The position numbers and the translations under genes were made by a program. Below, piece by piece: positions 40,901 through 50,596 of a stretch of DNA of 64,000 nt; within the stretch, counting starts at the first letter, position 1, and every line of letters starts with the position of its first letter. The stretch is taken from the NCBI GenBank assembly GCA_029268695.1, contig JAQWNJ010000022.1, positions 45,560 to 109,559 on the forward strand. Direction: 5' to 3'. The notes beneath the pieces are model-generated. The model worked only from the letters and a program-made list of their open reading frames with translations. It was not told the origin of the DNA and made no database searches. This stretch comes from Bacteroidia bacterium. GTDB taxonomy: Bacteria; Bacteroidota; Bacteroidia; NS11-12g; UBA9320.

Positions 40901-41253
40901 ATAGTAAATTACAGAAAGAAGGAAAAGGAGGAAGTTTAGGTGACCTCAAAAGAACTCAAGATTTGATGGACCAAGTCGAAGAAGATTTTTACAACAAAAG
41001 ATTAAACAATCAAACATTTCATAAGCTAAATCAAATTGAATTCAAACTAAGTGAACACGAAAAAGCAGAAAAAGAACAAGAACAAGATAAAACAAGATCA
41101 TCTAAAGAAGGAAAAGAATTTGATCGGCCTATCCCAAAAAATATCGAAAAATATTTAGAGCAAAAAGAAAAAGAAACTGAAATGATTAGAAAAGTTTCTC
41201 CAGAATTACAGCCTTACTATAAACAAAAAGTGGAAAGTTATTTCGAAAATTAA
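37945..41253 (+). CDS. DUF4175-like membrane-anchored coiled-coil protein, 1102 aa
   Basis: Three N-terminal TMs, Ig-like beta region, DDHGF and WDNDEVNG motifs, long K/E/Q coiled coil, C-terminal YYK.KV..YF; TTG start with TATTTTCG at 37914-37921. Confidence 0.85.
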   Translation: MNNNKLINRLEYFIKKYYQNQLLKGIIICISIIIIAFFTLSFSEYMGRFEIQTRTYLFYTLVVLSILVLVQYIILPILGLINIKRNFGYSEAATLIGNHFPEVQDKLINTLQLQEKVNNSNQQLLIASIDQRIKNLSPISFAKAIPYKENIAYIKYALLPAILLLFILLTTPGFKKSSQRIVQYKTHFEIEAPFEFESDLEKVVAIQNEDIKIQLNTKGKQIPQDAYLRIGTYKYKMKMDKLGSFSYRLRNVQKTEKIYFEAGGFSSREYLLNVVPKPRLINTYTKLIYPKYLNLDNGVVENIGEINVPAGTIIEWNIQTKNVNRLIINPSNDTLSPIDNNTQVRRRFLKSSRLNITSQNNLIKKGDSINFSIRVSPDLYPSIEVNLQKDSLSQKILYFMGSISDDHGFDKLQFHYTHLRDEKYLISDSNNIEIPINLSQINQKFYHLWNLDAIEAQPDDKIEYYFKIWDNDEVNGSKYTQTPIANYKIPSLKEIEKLTEKLNQEIKESLNDAQSKSKNLEEQIKSVEKMLTEKKNLDWNDKRKIQELLEKKKSIQEKLKNSIQKNIEKNFKENEFNPIQEELLEKQKKLEKIMNDVLDDKTQKLMDKIQELLEKNKKDEIQNALQKLKFDEKQMNKEMDRLLELFKELELEKKLLDTIDKLNQLAKQEKKLASKTNKKGKDKAAEQEKLNKIFDEIKKDLKTIEQNNKDLEKPLNLNNHEDDQQSISLKMKDALSKEQQGKSKNASQKMNESAEQIGELAQKMQQEMEEAYEEQQTEDYNNLRQILENLIQLSFDQEALIAAFKKNEKYSPKYVELRQDQRRIKDETKMVEDSLLALSKRNEQIHSFVNEEISKVNDNLDESIRHLGERITYKALVTQQYAMTGYNNLALMLTESLKQMQQQIKNQRENKGKPKGKCKKPGGAKNGEKPQKPNASAIKKMQDELAKQIKELEKGEKQGKGKPSSKQFAEMATKQAAIREKIQELNSKLQKEGKGGSLGDLKRTQDLMDQVEEDFYNKRLNNQTFHKLNQIEFKLSEHEKAEKEQEQDKTRSSKEGKEFDRPIPKNIEKYLEQKEKETEMIRKVSPELQPYYKQKVESYFEN

Positions 41254-41258
41254 ACTGC

Positions 41259-41984
41259 CTAAGAACGCAACTCAAAGTTTTTGCCTAAATATACATTTCG
41301 TACCATCTCGTCAGCAGCTAATTCTTCCGCGGTACCTTTCTTAAGCAACCTTCCCTCAAACAAAAGATACGCACGATCAACAATACTAAGGGTCTCATGA
41401 ACATTGTGATCGGTAATGAGTACTCCAATATTTCGATTAACTAACTTCTGAACGATTTGTTGAATATCCTCTACAGCAATCGGATCAACACCAGCAAATG
41501 GCTCGTCTAGAAGAATAAACTTTGGGTCAACTGCCAGTGCTCTGGCAATTTCGCACCTTCTTCGTTCACCGCCACTCAATACCTTACCTAAGTTTTTGCG
41601 AACTTTCTCAAGACCAAACTCGGTAATTAGAGATTCTGTTTTTTTTATTTGTTCTTCTTTTGATTTATTAGTCAATTCAAGCACAGCCATAATATTATCC
41701 TCCACAGATAAATCTCTAAAAACCGAAGCCTCTTGTGGTAAATACCCTACCCCTCTCTGAGCTCGCTGGTACATGGCCAAACCTGTAATTTTTTTATTAT
41801 CTAAATACACCTCACCCTCATCTGGTCTTACAAGTCCAACGGTCATATAAAAAGTAGTTGTTTTACCCGCTCCATTGGGACCCAACAATCCAACGATTTC
41901 ACCTTGCTCCACTTCAAGAGACATGTCATTCACGACTCGTCTCTTTTTGTATTGCTTTACTAAATTTTCTGCTCGAAGACGCAT
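41259..41984 (-). CDS. lptB: LPS export ABC ATPase
   Basis: [44 protein letters not shown]. Confidence 0.98.
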   Translation of the reverse strand: MRLRAENLVKQYKKRRVVNDMSLEVEQGEIVGLLGPNGAGKTTTFYMTVGLVRPDEGEVYLDNKKITGLAMYQRAQRGVGYLPQEASVFRDLSVEDNIMAVLELTNKSKEEQIKKTESLITEFGLEKVRKNLGKVLSGGERRRCEIARALAVDPKFILLDEPFAGVDPIAVEDIQQIVQKLVNRNIGVLITDHNVHETLSIVDRAYLLFEGRLLKKGTAEELAADEMVRNVYLGKNFELRS

Positions 41985-41992
41985 AACTAATT

Positions 41993-42000
41993 CAAAAGTA
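41993..42000 (-). promoter_or_regulatory. lptB -7 element TACTTTTG
   Basis: Exact TAnnTTTG 8 nt upstream of ATG. Confidence 0.55.
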
Positions 42001-42034
42001 GCATACTAATGAATAACAACTATTGGTTTTAAAG

Positions 42035-42042
42035 TATATTTG
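42035..42042 (+). promoter_or_regulatory. -7 element TATATTTG
   Basis: Exact TAnnTTTG 21 nt upstream of ATG 42064. Confidence 0.55.
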
Positions 42043-42063
42043 TCAAACATAAATAAATAAACG

Positions 42064-42759
42064 ATGAAAAAAATTCTTTTATCCCTATCTATTATTCTAG
42101 CAATGAGTTTGAGTGCCAATGCACAAATGTGGCTAAATTTAAAAGCTGGAGGAGGTCTTGCCTTAGCTAGTGGAAGTGATGGAACTAAAGGCGGAATGGC
42201 GATTTTGTCTGGTCTTGGATACAAACATCAAATAACCAAAAGACTCATAGCTGAAGGTGATGTGTTATTTGATATTCGGTCAGTTGAATATTTACAAAGT
42301 GACGATGGATATTTTGCTGGTGGAGGTACCTACATACAAGTACCTTTGACTATTCAATACATGATTCCTTTTAAGAAAAAAGAGCTAGTGCCCTACCGAA
42401 TAGGACAACCATCAAGCTATTGGTTCGTTGAAGGAGGTCCAAATTTTTCGTATGGAACCGCTGTAGATATTTATATTGATCAAACTGTTATAACCAACTA
42501 TGAAGGTTCAGATGATCCAATATCTGATTCAAATCAAGAGGCTAATACCATTGATGTTGGGTTCACTGCTGGGCTTGGAATAAACTTTAGTATTCGTGAA
42601 GGGAAAAATAGACTAATTGTTGGCACGAGAGCCAATTACGGCCTTTTGGATGTTTACAAAGATTCGAGATTAGGTTCTGCAACCAACCTATCTATGGTTG
42701 GATACCTCGCTTTGGATTTTAGTCTAACTAAAAGAAAACACATCAGACATCGTTGGTAA
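42064..42759 (+). CDS. Outer-membrane beta-barrel (porin-family) protein
   Basis: Signal peptide; alternating beta strands; YIQVPL, GPNFSY, D.GF.AGLG, R.NYGL.D. Confidence 0.85.
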   Translation: MKKILLSLSIILAMSLSANAQMWLNLKAGGGLALASGSDGTKGGMAILSGLGYKHQITKRLIAEGDVLFDIRSVEYLQSDDGYFAGGGTYIQVPLTIQYMIPFKKKELVPYRIGQPSSYWFVEGGPNFSYGTAVDIYIDQTVITNYEGSDDPISDSNQEANTIDVGFTAGLGINFSIREGKNRLIVGTRANYGLLDVYKDSRLGSATNLSMVGYLALDFSLTKRKHIRHRW

Positions 42760-44461
42760 ATCGAATATCCTTCAACATGAGTTGAAGCGTTCGACTTCCC
42801 CGAAAAATATTTTCATTAATTTGAAAGCAGGCTTCGAAAGAGTCTGCTTTTTTTATAGCTAAAAATTGATCCGCCATCCCAAAAGCAAGAGCAGGTATGG
42901 CTCCAGAAGGACGTTTAATATTTAATTTAAGGTGTTCTGCTGTCTTCCCAATTACTTTACCAGTCCCGTCATCTTTTAGTCCTTTGGCATAGAAAACAGG
43001 GGTCATATTTGCTGGACCAAAAGGGCCCATTTTATTAATGATATTATAAAATCTATGATTAACTTCACTAACATCTAACTCCGCATCATAATATACTTTT
43101 GGGGTTAGCAGTTCTTCTGTCAATATCTCCTCTCCAACTGACTCAAACGCATCTCTGAAGGCTTCCAAATTCTCTAATTTCAACGTCATACCAGCTGCAT
43201 ACATATGCCCTCCAAATTGAATAAGATGATCACTACATTTTTCTAAAGCAGCGTGCACATCAAACCCACGAACACTTCTAGCACTACCAACTAATATATC
43301 ACCTGTTCCTTTAGTAAGAATGATTGTCGGTCTGTAGTATAGCTCAATTGCTCTACTAGCCGCTATCCCAACTACTCCTTTGTGCCAATTTTCCTGATAA
43401 AAAACATGTGTTTTGCGGTTTAATAACGAAGCATCTTTTTCAATAATTTCTTTTAAATCTGATGTTATTTGTCGATCAACCAACTTTCGGTCTTCATTTT
43501 GATTTTGGAGTTCTGAAACATACCTTTCAGCTGTCTCATCATCACTAGCAATAAGCATCCTAACTGCACTTTTTGCATCACTCATACGTCCTGCAGCATT
43601 TATTCTTGGACCAATATAAAAGACCAAATCACCAATGGATAACTGTTCCTTATTAACAGCTACTTTAATAAGTTTCTTTAAACCTAACCTTGGTTGTTGA
43701 TTGATAATTTTTAGACCAAAATGAGCAATCACTCGATTTTCATCTTCAATTGGTACAATATCACTAGCAATACTCAACGTAGCAAAATCCAAATACTGAA
43801 GATACGATCTTTCGTCTAAGTTATTCACTTGAGCGTATGCTTGAGTTAATTTTAAACCAATACCGCAACCCGCAAGCTCTTTGAATGGATAATCACAATC
43901 TTCTCGCTTAGGGTCAAGTACAGCCGTCGCCGCAGGCAATAAATTCCCCGGCAAATGATGATCACAAATTATAAAATCAATACCTAATGACTTTGCGTAT
44001 TGAATTTTATCAACTGAACGAATTCCACAATCTAAGGCAATGATTAGCGATAAATTATTAGTTTTTGCATAATCAATCCCTTTAATACTTATTCCATAAC
44101 CCTCTTCATAACGATCTGGAATATAAAAATCAATTCTATCAAACTTATCTTTAAAAAAAGAATAAGCTAGAGCTACAGAAGTAGTTCCATCAACATCATA
44201 ATCTCCAAAAATTAGAACTCCTTCCTTATTATCTTGAGCAATTTGAATACGCTCAATAGCCTTATCCATATCCTTCATCAAAAAAGGATCATGTAAATCT
44301 TCAATTCTTGGGTTAAAATATCTATTAACCTTCTCAACAGAATCTACGCCCCTCTGTACAAGCATTTTAGCTATTATTTCAGGGGCATTTAACTCTGTCT
44401 TTAACGTGTTAACTTGAGAAAAATCTGGTTCATCTTTTGGTTTCCAAATAGCCTTTGTCAT
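42743..44461 (-). CDS. recJ: ssDNA exonuclease RecJ
   Basis: GDYDVDG, DCGI, DHH, PRINAAGR, WHKGVVGI, GSARS, FGGH. Confidence 0.98.
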   Translation of the reverse strand: MTKAIWKPKDEPDFSQVNTLKTELNAPEIIAKMLVQRGVDSVEKVNRYFNPRIEDLHDPFLMKDMDKAIERIQIAQDNKEGVLIFGDYDVDGTTSVALAYSFFKDKFDRIDFYIPDRYEEGYGISIKGIDYAKTNNLSLIIALDCGIRSVDKIQYAKSLGIDFIICDHHLPGNLLPAATAVLDPKREDCDYPFKELAGCGIGLKLTQAYAQVNNLDERSYLQYLDFATLSIASDIVPIEDENRVIAHFGLKIINQQPRLGLKKLIKVAVNKEQLSIGDLVFYIGPRINAAGRMSDAKSAVRMLIASDDETAERYVSELQNQNEDRKLVDRQITSDLKEIIEKDASLLNRKTHVFYQENWHKGVVGIAASRAIELYYRPTIILTKGTGDILVGSARSVRGFDVHAALEKCSDHLIQFGGHMYAAGMTLKLENLEAFRDAFESVGEEILTEELLTPKVYYDAELDVSEVNHRFYNIINKMGPFGPANMTPVFYAKGLKDDGTGKVIGKTAEHLKLNIKRPSGAIPALAFGMADQFLAIKKADSFEACFQINENIFRGSRTLQLMLKDIRFTNDV

Positions 44462-44463
44462 AG

Positions 44464-45384
44464 TTATATCGAAATCTGAACTTGACTCAAATCAATGAAT
44501 TGTTGAACTCTAGACTTAATCTCAGACTTACTTAGGTTAACTAGCCGTTCTGTTCCAAATTTTTCAACACAAAAACTAGCCATCGCACTACCATAAATAA
44601 CTGCTCTCTTCATATTATCAAATGAAATATCATCAGTAGATGCAAGGTATCCTATGAAACCTCCTGCAAATGTATCCCCTGCTCCTGTTGGATCAAACAC
44701 CTCTTCTAAGGGCAAAGCAGGGCAGAAATAAACCGACTCCGAATCAAATAATAAAGCCCCATGTTCTCCTTTTTTTATGATTAAAAAACGAGGTCCCATT
44801 GCCATAATCTTTTTTGCTGCTTTAACGAGTGCATATTCACCGCTAAGTTGTCGAGCCTCTTCGTCGTTAATAATTAAAACATCAACCATTGCGATGGTTT
44901 GATTCAACGATTCTTGAGCAATATCCATCCAAAAATTCATAGTATCCATCGCAATTAATTTAGGCTTATTCTCAATTCTTTCAATAACTGTACGTTGTAC
45001 ATCTGGAGAGAGGTTTCCTAACATCACATAATCTAAGTTTTGGTATGAGCTTGGAATGATAGGATCAAAATTTTCGAGAACATTCAACTCCGTATTCAGC
45101 GTGTCACGATTATTCATATCATTATGATATTTTCCACTCCAGAAAAATGATTTTTCATCTTCCTTAATCTGTAAACCTTCGGTATCTATACCATGCGATT
45201 CCAATAATTGGATATCCGCTTTTGGAAAATCCCCACCAACAACAGCAACTAGATTGATGTTATCCTCCAGATAACTACTACTCAACGAAATATATGTTGC
45301 AGCACCTCCAATTATTTTATCTGTCTTGCCAAATGGTGTCTCAATTGCATCAAATGCAACACTACCAATCACTAGTAAACTCAT
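44464..45384 (-). CDS. PfkB-family carbohydrate/nucleoside kinase
   Basis: GGAATY, INDEEA, KKGEHG, DPTGAGDTF. Confidence 0.93.
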   Translation of the reverse strand: MSLLVIGSVAFDAIETPFGKTDKIIGGAATYISLSSSYLEDNINLVAVVGGDFPKADIQLLESHGIDTEGLQIKEDEKSFFWSGKYHNDMNNRDTLNTELNVLENFDPIIPSSYQNLDYVMLGNLSPDVQRTVIERIENKPKLIAMDTMNFWMDIAQESLNQTIAMVDVLIINDEEARQLSGEYALVKAAKKIMAMGPRFLIIKKGEHGALLFDSESVYFCPALPLEEVFDPTGAGDTFAGGFIGYLASTDDISFDNMKRAVIYGSAMASFCVEKFGTERLVNLSKSEIKSRVQQFIDLSQVQISI

Positions 45385-45389
45385 GCATG

Positions 45390-45397
45390 CAAATTTA
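45390..45397 (-). promoter_or_regulatory. -7 element TAAATTTG, 5 nt before ATG
   Basis: Exact TAnnTTTG. Confidence 0.55.
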
Positions 45398-45498
45398 GTC
45401 CTAATATTAGCATAACATGATTACTTTGGATGTATTTATACCCTATAACTCACAATGATATTGATTCATATTTTAGCCAATGGTTATTTTCGCACCAA

Positions 45499-46260
45499 AT
45501 GAACAAATCAGAAATTGCAAAATCACTCGATAACGCTGCATTAAGGGCTGAAGCTATAACCCAAATTAGTAATAAACTTGATTTTACTGAAGAAGATGCC
45601 TACGAAATTCAAAAACTGTCCATAGAAGAAAGATATACCAGAGGTGAAAAATTTGTTGGTTTAAAATTAGGATTTACATCATACGCAAAAATGGATCAAA
45701 TGGGAGTTCATGATATGATATGGGGACGGCTTACCAACTCGATGTGGTTCAAAAATGGGGAAACTCTTTACATGGATCAATTTATACATCCAAGGGCTGA
45801 ACCTGAGATTGCCTTCCTACTGAAAAAGGACATAAATTGTGAAATTTCTTTGGATGAAATTCCTGAATACATTTCCGCATGTGCCCCAGCTATTGAAATC
45901 ATTGATTCTCGCTTTTCAAATTTCAAATTTTCTCTAGAAGATGTAATTGCAGATAATTGTTCTTCTTCTGGCTTTGTAATTGGTGCATGGCAGCCCCTAC
46001 CTGAATCACTGACAAATCGGTCGATGGCTCTTCTATTTGACAAAGAAATCAAGGAAGAAGATTCAAGTAATGCCATACTAGACAATCCATTACTATCAAT
46101 TTGCAATGCATCAAGGTTAGCAGCCAAGTATAATCAACCCTTTTCTGCAGGAAACCTTCTTTTGGCTGGAGCAGCTACACCAGCAGTATTTGTAGAGTCT
46201 GGTAAAAAAATTACCGCTAAAGTCGAAGGCATTGGAAGTTGTTCAATTCTAGCAAAATAA
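45499..46260 (+). CDS. FAH-superfamily enzyme, 4-oxalocrotonate decarboxylase / 2-keto-4-pentenoate hydratase type
   Basis: AYEIQ, GLKLGFTS.AKM.QMGV..IWGRL, HPRAEPEIAF, EIIDSR, IADN.SS; ATG 45499 with TATTTTCG at 45485-45492. Confidence 0.9.
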   Translation: MNKSEIAKSLDNAALRAEAITQISNKLDFTEEDAYEIQKLSIEERYTRGEKFVGLKLGFTSYAKMDQMGVHDMIWGRLTNSMWFKNGETLYMDQFIHPRAEPEIAFLLKKDINCEISLDEIPEYISACAPAIEIIDSRFSNFKFSLEDVIADNCSSSGFVIGAWQPLPESLTNRSMALLFDKEIKEEDSSNAILDNPLLSICNASRLAAKYNQPFSAGNLLLAGAATPAVFVESGKKITAKVEGIGSCSILAK

Positions 46261-46295
46261 TTTGTGAAAATTATTTTTCGTTTAAAGTAAAAATC

Positions 46296-46303
46296 TATTT
46301 TTG
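46296..46303 (+). promoter_or_regulatory. tRNA promoter -7 element TATTTTTG
   Basis: Exact TAnnTTTG 42 nt upstream of the tRNA. Confidence 0.55.
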
Positions 46304-46345
46304 CACACGCTTCTGAAAAGATTGTTTTCATCGCAAAAGCATAAT

Positions 46346-46419
46346 GCCTTCATAGCTCAGCTGGTTAGAGCGGTTGACTGTTAATCAATAGGTCCCTGGT
46401 TCGAGTCCAGGTGAGGGCG
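46346..46419 (+). tRNA. tRNA-Asn (GTT), CCA not encoded
   Basis: Acceptor GCCTTCA/TGAGGGC, D arm GCTC/GAGC, anticodon loop CT-GTT-AA, T arm CCTGG-TTCGAGT-CCAGG. Confidence 0.98.
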
Positions 46420-46422
46420 CAT

Positions 46423-46449
46423 AAAAGGCTCACTAATGTGGGCCTTTTT
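46423..46449 (+). terminator. Intrinsic terminator after tRNA-Asn
   Basis: AAAAGGCTCAC-TAAT-GTGGGCCTTTTT. Confidence 0.85.
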
Positions 46450-46525
46450 ATTTAAATGTCTTAATCACATAACATTGGTTATGCTGAAATAAAATATTTC
46501 CTTTGTAACATCGTTCAAGCTCCGC

Positions 46526-47950
46526 ATGCAATCATTGCTCAAATACTCGCTTTATATTTTTGGATTGTATGTCATGATTTCTTCGTGTAAAAAAGAAGAA
46601 TTTAACACCAATCCAAACAGTCAAGTTAAGGTTAACACGGATACTTTATGGTTTGATACGGTATTCACCAAAGTAAGTTCAACTACCCCCATATCAGTTA
46701 ATAAGCAGATACTCGTATATAACCCATACGACCAACGGATTAAAACGTCAATCCAATTAGGTGGAGGAAGCAATTCTCATTTTAGACTGAATGTTGATGG
46801 TGAAGCTGGAAGTTCATTTTCGGACATTGAATTATTTCCCAATGATAGCATCTTCTTATTTGTTGAAGTTCATCCCGATCCGAACAACAATAATCCCGAT
46901 TTTAACCCCTTGATTATCCGTGATTCCATTCTTTTCAATACCAACGGTAACGAATCTAAAACTATGCTCATTGGTTGGGGACAGGATGCTCACTATATTT
47001 TTAGAGACAGTATCGAAACAGATACCATCTGGTCTAATAATAAACTTCCTATAGTCGTTTATGGATATTGCTATGTAAAACCCAATGTGAATCTTACCAT
47101 AGAAGAAGGAATGAATGTCCATTTTGCTCCCAGAAGCTGGCTATTTGTTGAAGGAAAATTGGATGTAAAGGGCAATATTGACAATCCCGTATTAATGCAA
47201 GGGGATCGTTTACAGCCCTCATGGGAAGAGGAAAGTGGACAATGGGGTGGAATATGGATTAGTCACCCAAGTCATAGTAATACAATCGAACATGCTATAA
47301 TCAAGAATGGGACCGTTGGAGTCTATTGTGATTCTGTGCCTGGTGAGGAAAACAAAAAAAATGTTACCATAAACAAAACAATGATTCGAAACATGAGTTT
47401 TGACGGAATCAGTGGAAAAGGTAGTACAATTCACGTTCAAAATAGTGTCAGCACTAATTGTGGTAGGTTCACTTTTTTGGGTGCTAATGGTGGAAATTAC
47501 ACCTTGTTACACAATACATTCTATACTGGTAGAAGAGATTTTTCTCGACAAGAACCCACATTTGCTTATTTAAACAGAAGAAGAGATGAATTCGGATCAA
47601 TTTTAGAAACCTATGATATCCAATTTTATTTTGTCAATAATATCATAGATGGTGTTTTAGCTGAATCAGAAATTGGGGAAGACATTGATTATTCAAAAGT
47701 AATAACACCCTCCGTGATAGACTATAATTTAATGAAGACAAACAAAGCAATTTATACGGGTGTAGGCTCTAATAACATTATAAATAAATCTGCAAAGTTT
47801 AAAGACTCCTACAATTTCCACTTTGAATTAGATACGCTGTCCGCAGCCAAGGATATGGCCTTCCCAATAATTCCGCCCATAACCGAAGATTTTTTAAACA
47901 GACCTAGAACAGGGACTCCAGATATAGGTGCATATGAAAGTCAATACTAG
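46526..47950 (+). CDS. Lipoprotein with Ig-like and right-handed beta-helix regions
   Basis: Lipobox ISSC; beta-helix-like repeats; C-terminal D...RPR...PDIGAYE. Confidence 0.8.
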   Translation: MQSLLKYSLYIFGLYVMISSCKKEEFNTNPNSQVKVNTDTLWFDTVFTKVSSTTPISVNKQILVYNPYDQRIKTSIQLGGGSNSHFRLNVDGEAGSSFSDIELFPNDSIFLFVEVHPDPNNNNPDFNPLIIRDSILFNTNGNESKTMLIGWGQDAHYIFRDSIETDTIWSNNKLPIVVYGYCYVKPNVNLTIEEGMNVHFAPRSWLFVEGKLDVKGNIDNPVLMQGDRLQPSWEEESGQWGGIWISHPSHSNTIEHAIIKNGTVGVYCDSVPGEENKKNVTINKTMIRNMSFDGISGKGSTIHVQNSVSTNCGRFTFLGANGGNYTLLHNTFYTGRRDFSRQEPTFAYLNRRRDEFGSILETYDIQFYFVNNIIDGVLAESEIGEDIDYSKVITPSVIDYNLMKTNKAIYTGVGSNNIINKSAKFKDSYNFHFELDTLSAAKDMAFPIIPPITEDFLNRPRTGTPDIGAYESQY

Positions 47951-49083
47951 TTCAATCCTGAAACTTTGAATAGGTTATCGATTAGACTTTCCCACGTAAA
48001 TTTGTTTCGTTCTGATTCTATATTTTTAGAAAATTCAGATAATCTATCATTCTCATAAAAATCAAAAATATAATCTGATATTTCTCTAGAATTTTGTGAT
48101 GTGACATAACCTACTTTCTGATGTGGCACTAATTCAGCTAGTCCTCCAACATCTGTCACAAGCATAGGTGTGTTGTAATAGTAAGCAATTTGAGTAACTC
48201 CACTTTGCGTTGCTGTTTTATAAGTCTGTGCCACCAAGTCAGCAGCACTAAAATATAAACTTACTTCTGAATCTTCGATGTAATGATTTGCATGAATAAT
48301 ATGATCTTTTAATTCTAAATCATCAATTATTTTTTGATAGGCTTGAGGACTATCATAGTATTCACCTGCAATGATTAGCTTGAGTTCTTTATCTTTCAAC
48401 CGTTGGTCTGAAAAAGCTTTTAGTAGGGTGTCTAACCCTTTATACTTTCTGATAAATCCAAAGAATAAAACATAATCCACATCTTTATCCAATCCTAGTT
48501 TTTTTCTAGCCTTAAATTTATTGATATGTTCCCCAAAATTTTCATACATCGGATGAGGATTAAAAACTGCTGGTATAGAAATATCAAATGATTTTAAATC
48601 ATTTAAAACCGACTTACTCATGGTTAATAATGCGTTACATGATTTCAGAAAATAAGAGGTCAGTAATCGATCTCCAAACCTTTTTTCGTGAGGAATAATA
48701 TTATCTGTTATAGCAACTATTTTAGTATGTTTATTTCTGCGAATAATTCGACCCAAAGTCCCAAGACTTGGTCCCATATACGGCATCCAAAATCTAAAAA
48801 TTACCAAATCAGGCTTTTCGTTTTTAATTTTTCTACCGAGAAGAATCCAATTTAGGGGGTTTACAGAGTTTAAACTAACCTCTATTTCTAAATTGTCTGG
48901 AGGTAAAGAATTAGAATATTGAGTCTTTCCTGGAAATAGAAAATCAGGATATTGCAGACTAAATGTGATTATTTTTACCTGATGACCTTGCTTTTGTAGT
49001 TTTGAAGCAAGCAGTTCATTATAGGATGATAATCCACCCCTTAGTGGATAAGCAGGACCAATTATGGTGATTTGCTTACTCAA
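47947..49083 (-). CDS. Glycosyltransferase family 4
   Basis: GPAYPLRGG, FFGFIRKYKGLD, AGEYY, ATQSGV, DVGGL.E; TTG start. Confidence 0.93.
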   Translation of the reverse strand: MSKQITIIGPAYPLRGGLSSYNELLASKLQKQGHQVKIITFSLQYPDFLFPGKTQYSNSLPPDNLEIEVSLNSVNPLNWILLGRKIKNEKPDLVIFRFWMPYMGPSLGTLGRIIRRNKHTKIVAITDNIIPHEKRFGDRLLTSYFLKSCNALLTMSKSVLNDLKSFDISIPAVFNPHPMYENFGEHINKFKARKKLGLDKDVDYVLFFGFIRKYKGLDTLLKAFSDQRLKDKELKLIIAGEYYDSPQAYQKIIDDLELKDHIIHANHYIEDSEVSLYFSAADLVAQTYKTATQSGVTQIAYYYNTPMLVTDVGGLAELVPHQKVGYVTSQNSREISDYIFDFYENDRLSEFSKNIESERNKFTWESLIDNLFKVSGLN

Positions 49084-50032
49084 AACCTAATCGTTCTGAT
49101 ATCTCATATTTATTTCGATTGGGTGCATTTCTACTGAGCATTTCGGCTAAAAATCCGCCCATAAAAAGTTGAGTCCCAATAATTAACATTACCAAAGCAA
49201 TATAAAACAGTGGATTATCCGTAACTAAAGATTGACGCACACCATAGCTTATTGCAATTAATTTGTCTACAAGCACATATACTGTAAGAAAAAATCCTAA
49301 TAAAAAAGCTAGAGCTCCTCCAAAACCAAAAAAGTGCATGGGTCTTTTTCCGAATTTAGAAACAAATATGATACTTAACAAGTCTAGAGGACCGCGTATA
49401 AATCTACTTAGACCAAACTTGGTTTCACCATATTTTCTAGACTGATGAGCAACCACCTTCTCACCAATCCTTTTATACCCTGCTCGATGAGCCATTACTG
49501 GTATATATCTATGCATCTCTCCATATACTTCGATACTCTTTACAACCTCATTCTTATATGCTTTTAAACCACAATTAAAGTCATGGAGATATATACCACT
49601 CATTTTCCTAGTGGCCCAATTATAAATTTTTGTTGGTATCGTTTTAGTAATAGGGTCATACCTCTTCTTTTTCCAACCACTAATAAGATCATAGTTATCA
49701 TTCCAAAGCATAGAATGGATGATCGGGAGTTCGTCTGGACTATCTTGAAGGTCCGCATCCATTGTGAAAACACTATCTCCTTTTGCAAGAGCGAAGCCCT
49801 TGTTTAATGCCGCAGATTTTCCGTAGTTTCTTCTAAATTTAAGAGCTTTAATCTCTGAATGTTTAGACTTTAAATCTTGTATAATTCTCCATGAATCATC
49901 TGTTGATCCATCATCAATGAAAATAATTTCATAGGATAACTTTTCTTGATCCAACACACGTTTTATCCAAGCATGCAATTCTGGCAAAGATTCTGCTTCA
50001 TTGAGTAAAGGTATGACTACAGATAGATTCAA
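49076..50032 (-). CDS. Glycosyltransferase family 2, polyisoprenyl-phosphate (GtrB/ArnC/DPMS-like) with two C-terminal TMs
   Basis: IPLLNE, IDDGSTD, NYGKS.AL, MDADLQD, DFNCG.KAY, HRYIP. Confidence 0.93.
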   Translation of the reverse strand: MNLSVVIPLLNEAESLPELHAWIKRVLDQEKLSYEIIFIDDGSTDDSWRIIQDLKSKHSEIKALKFRRNYGKSAALNKGFALAKGDSVFTMDADLQDSPDELPIIHSMLWNDNYDLISGWKKKRYDPITKTIPTKIYNWATRKMSGIYLHDFNCGLKAYKNEVVKSIEVYGEMHRYIPVMAHRAGYKRIGEKVVAHQSRKYGETKFGLSRFIRGPLDLLSIIFVSKFGKRPMHFFGFGGALAFLLGFFLTVYVLVDKLIAISYGVRQSLVTDNPLFYIALVMLIIGTQLFMGGFLAEMLSRNAPNRNKYEISERLGFE

Positions 50033-50033
50033 A

Positions 50034-50588
50034 CTAAACGAGCTCTTCTTCGGTCTTTTTATCTTTTTGAACTGCTCCTATAATAAGTGCAAGGATTAAA
50101 TACCAAACTAACCCTTTACCTGTATTGATAATTGCTCCTAAAACCCCTTTTGGCTGATCAGCATATGCTTCATTTGCTTTTTCCATTGCCTCATCAATGT
50201 CATCTTGTGATGCCCCTGCATTAGACATAAAAGACTCTGTTGTATTCATCGTTTCTTCGAATATTGATTGCTCCCATGTTGGGTCAATCAACGATAAAAA
50301 GATAACATTAAAGACCAATACAATTAAAGCTGAAACAATTGCTGTAAAAAAAGCAGCGTTAAATGCGTTGCCAAATGAATACGGTGTGAAATTTGCTTTT
50401 GTATTTCTAGCACCTAGAATCATAAATACAATAGGTATAGCTAGTAGGTTAACCACTAGTAGAGTTAACATTCCTGTTGGCTTACCAAAAAACATTGGAT
50501 CAAAAGCATAAATCCCAAGAAAAACTACAACGGAGATAATCCCCATTTTAACACCTTGATCAATCGATGGTTTATATAAATTTATCAT
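50034..50588 (-). CDS. DUF4199-like four-TM membrane protein
   Basis: Four hydrophobic segments; FGNAF.A.F; IDP followed by a helical periplasmic loop. Confidence 0.8.
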   Translation of the reverse strand: MINLYKPSIDQGVKMGIISVVVFLGIYAFDPMFFGKPTGMLTLLVVNLLAIPIVFMILGARNTKANFTPYSFGNAFNAAFFTAIVSALIVLVFNVIFLSLIDPTWEQSIFEETMNTTESFMSNAGASQDDIDEAMEKANEAYADQPKGVLGAIINTGKGLVWYLILALIIGAVQKDKKTEEELV

Positions 50589-50596
50589 AATAATAT

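Noticed and set aside
46346-46449. tRNA-Asn as an integration site
   Set aside because: No integrase, no duplicated tRNA 3' end and no evident compositional shift nearby
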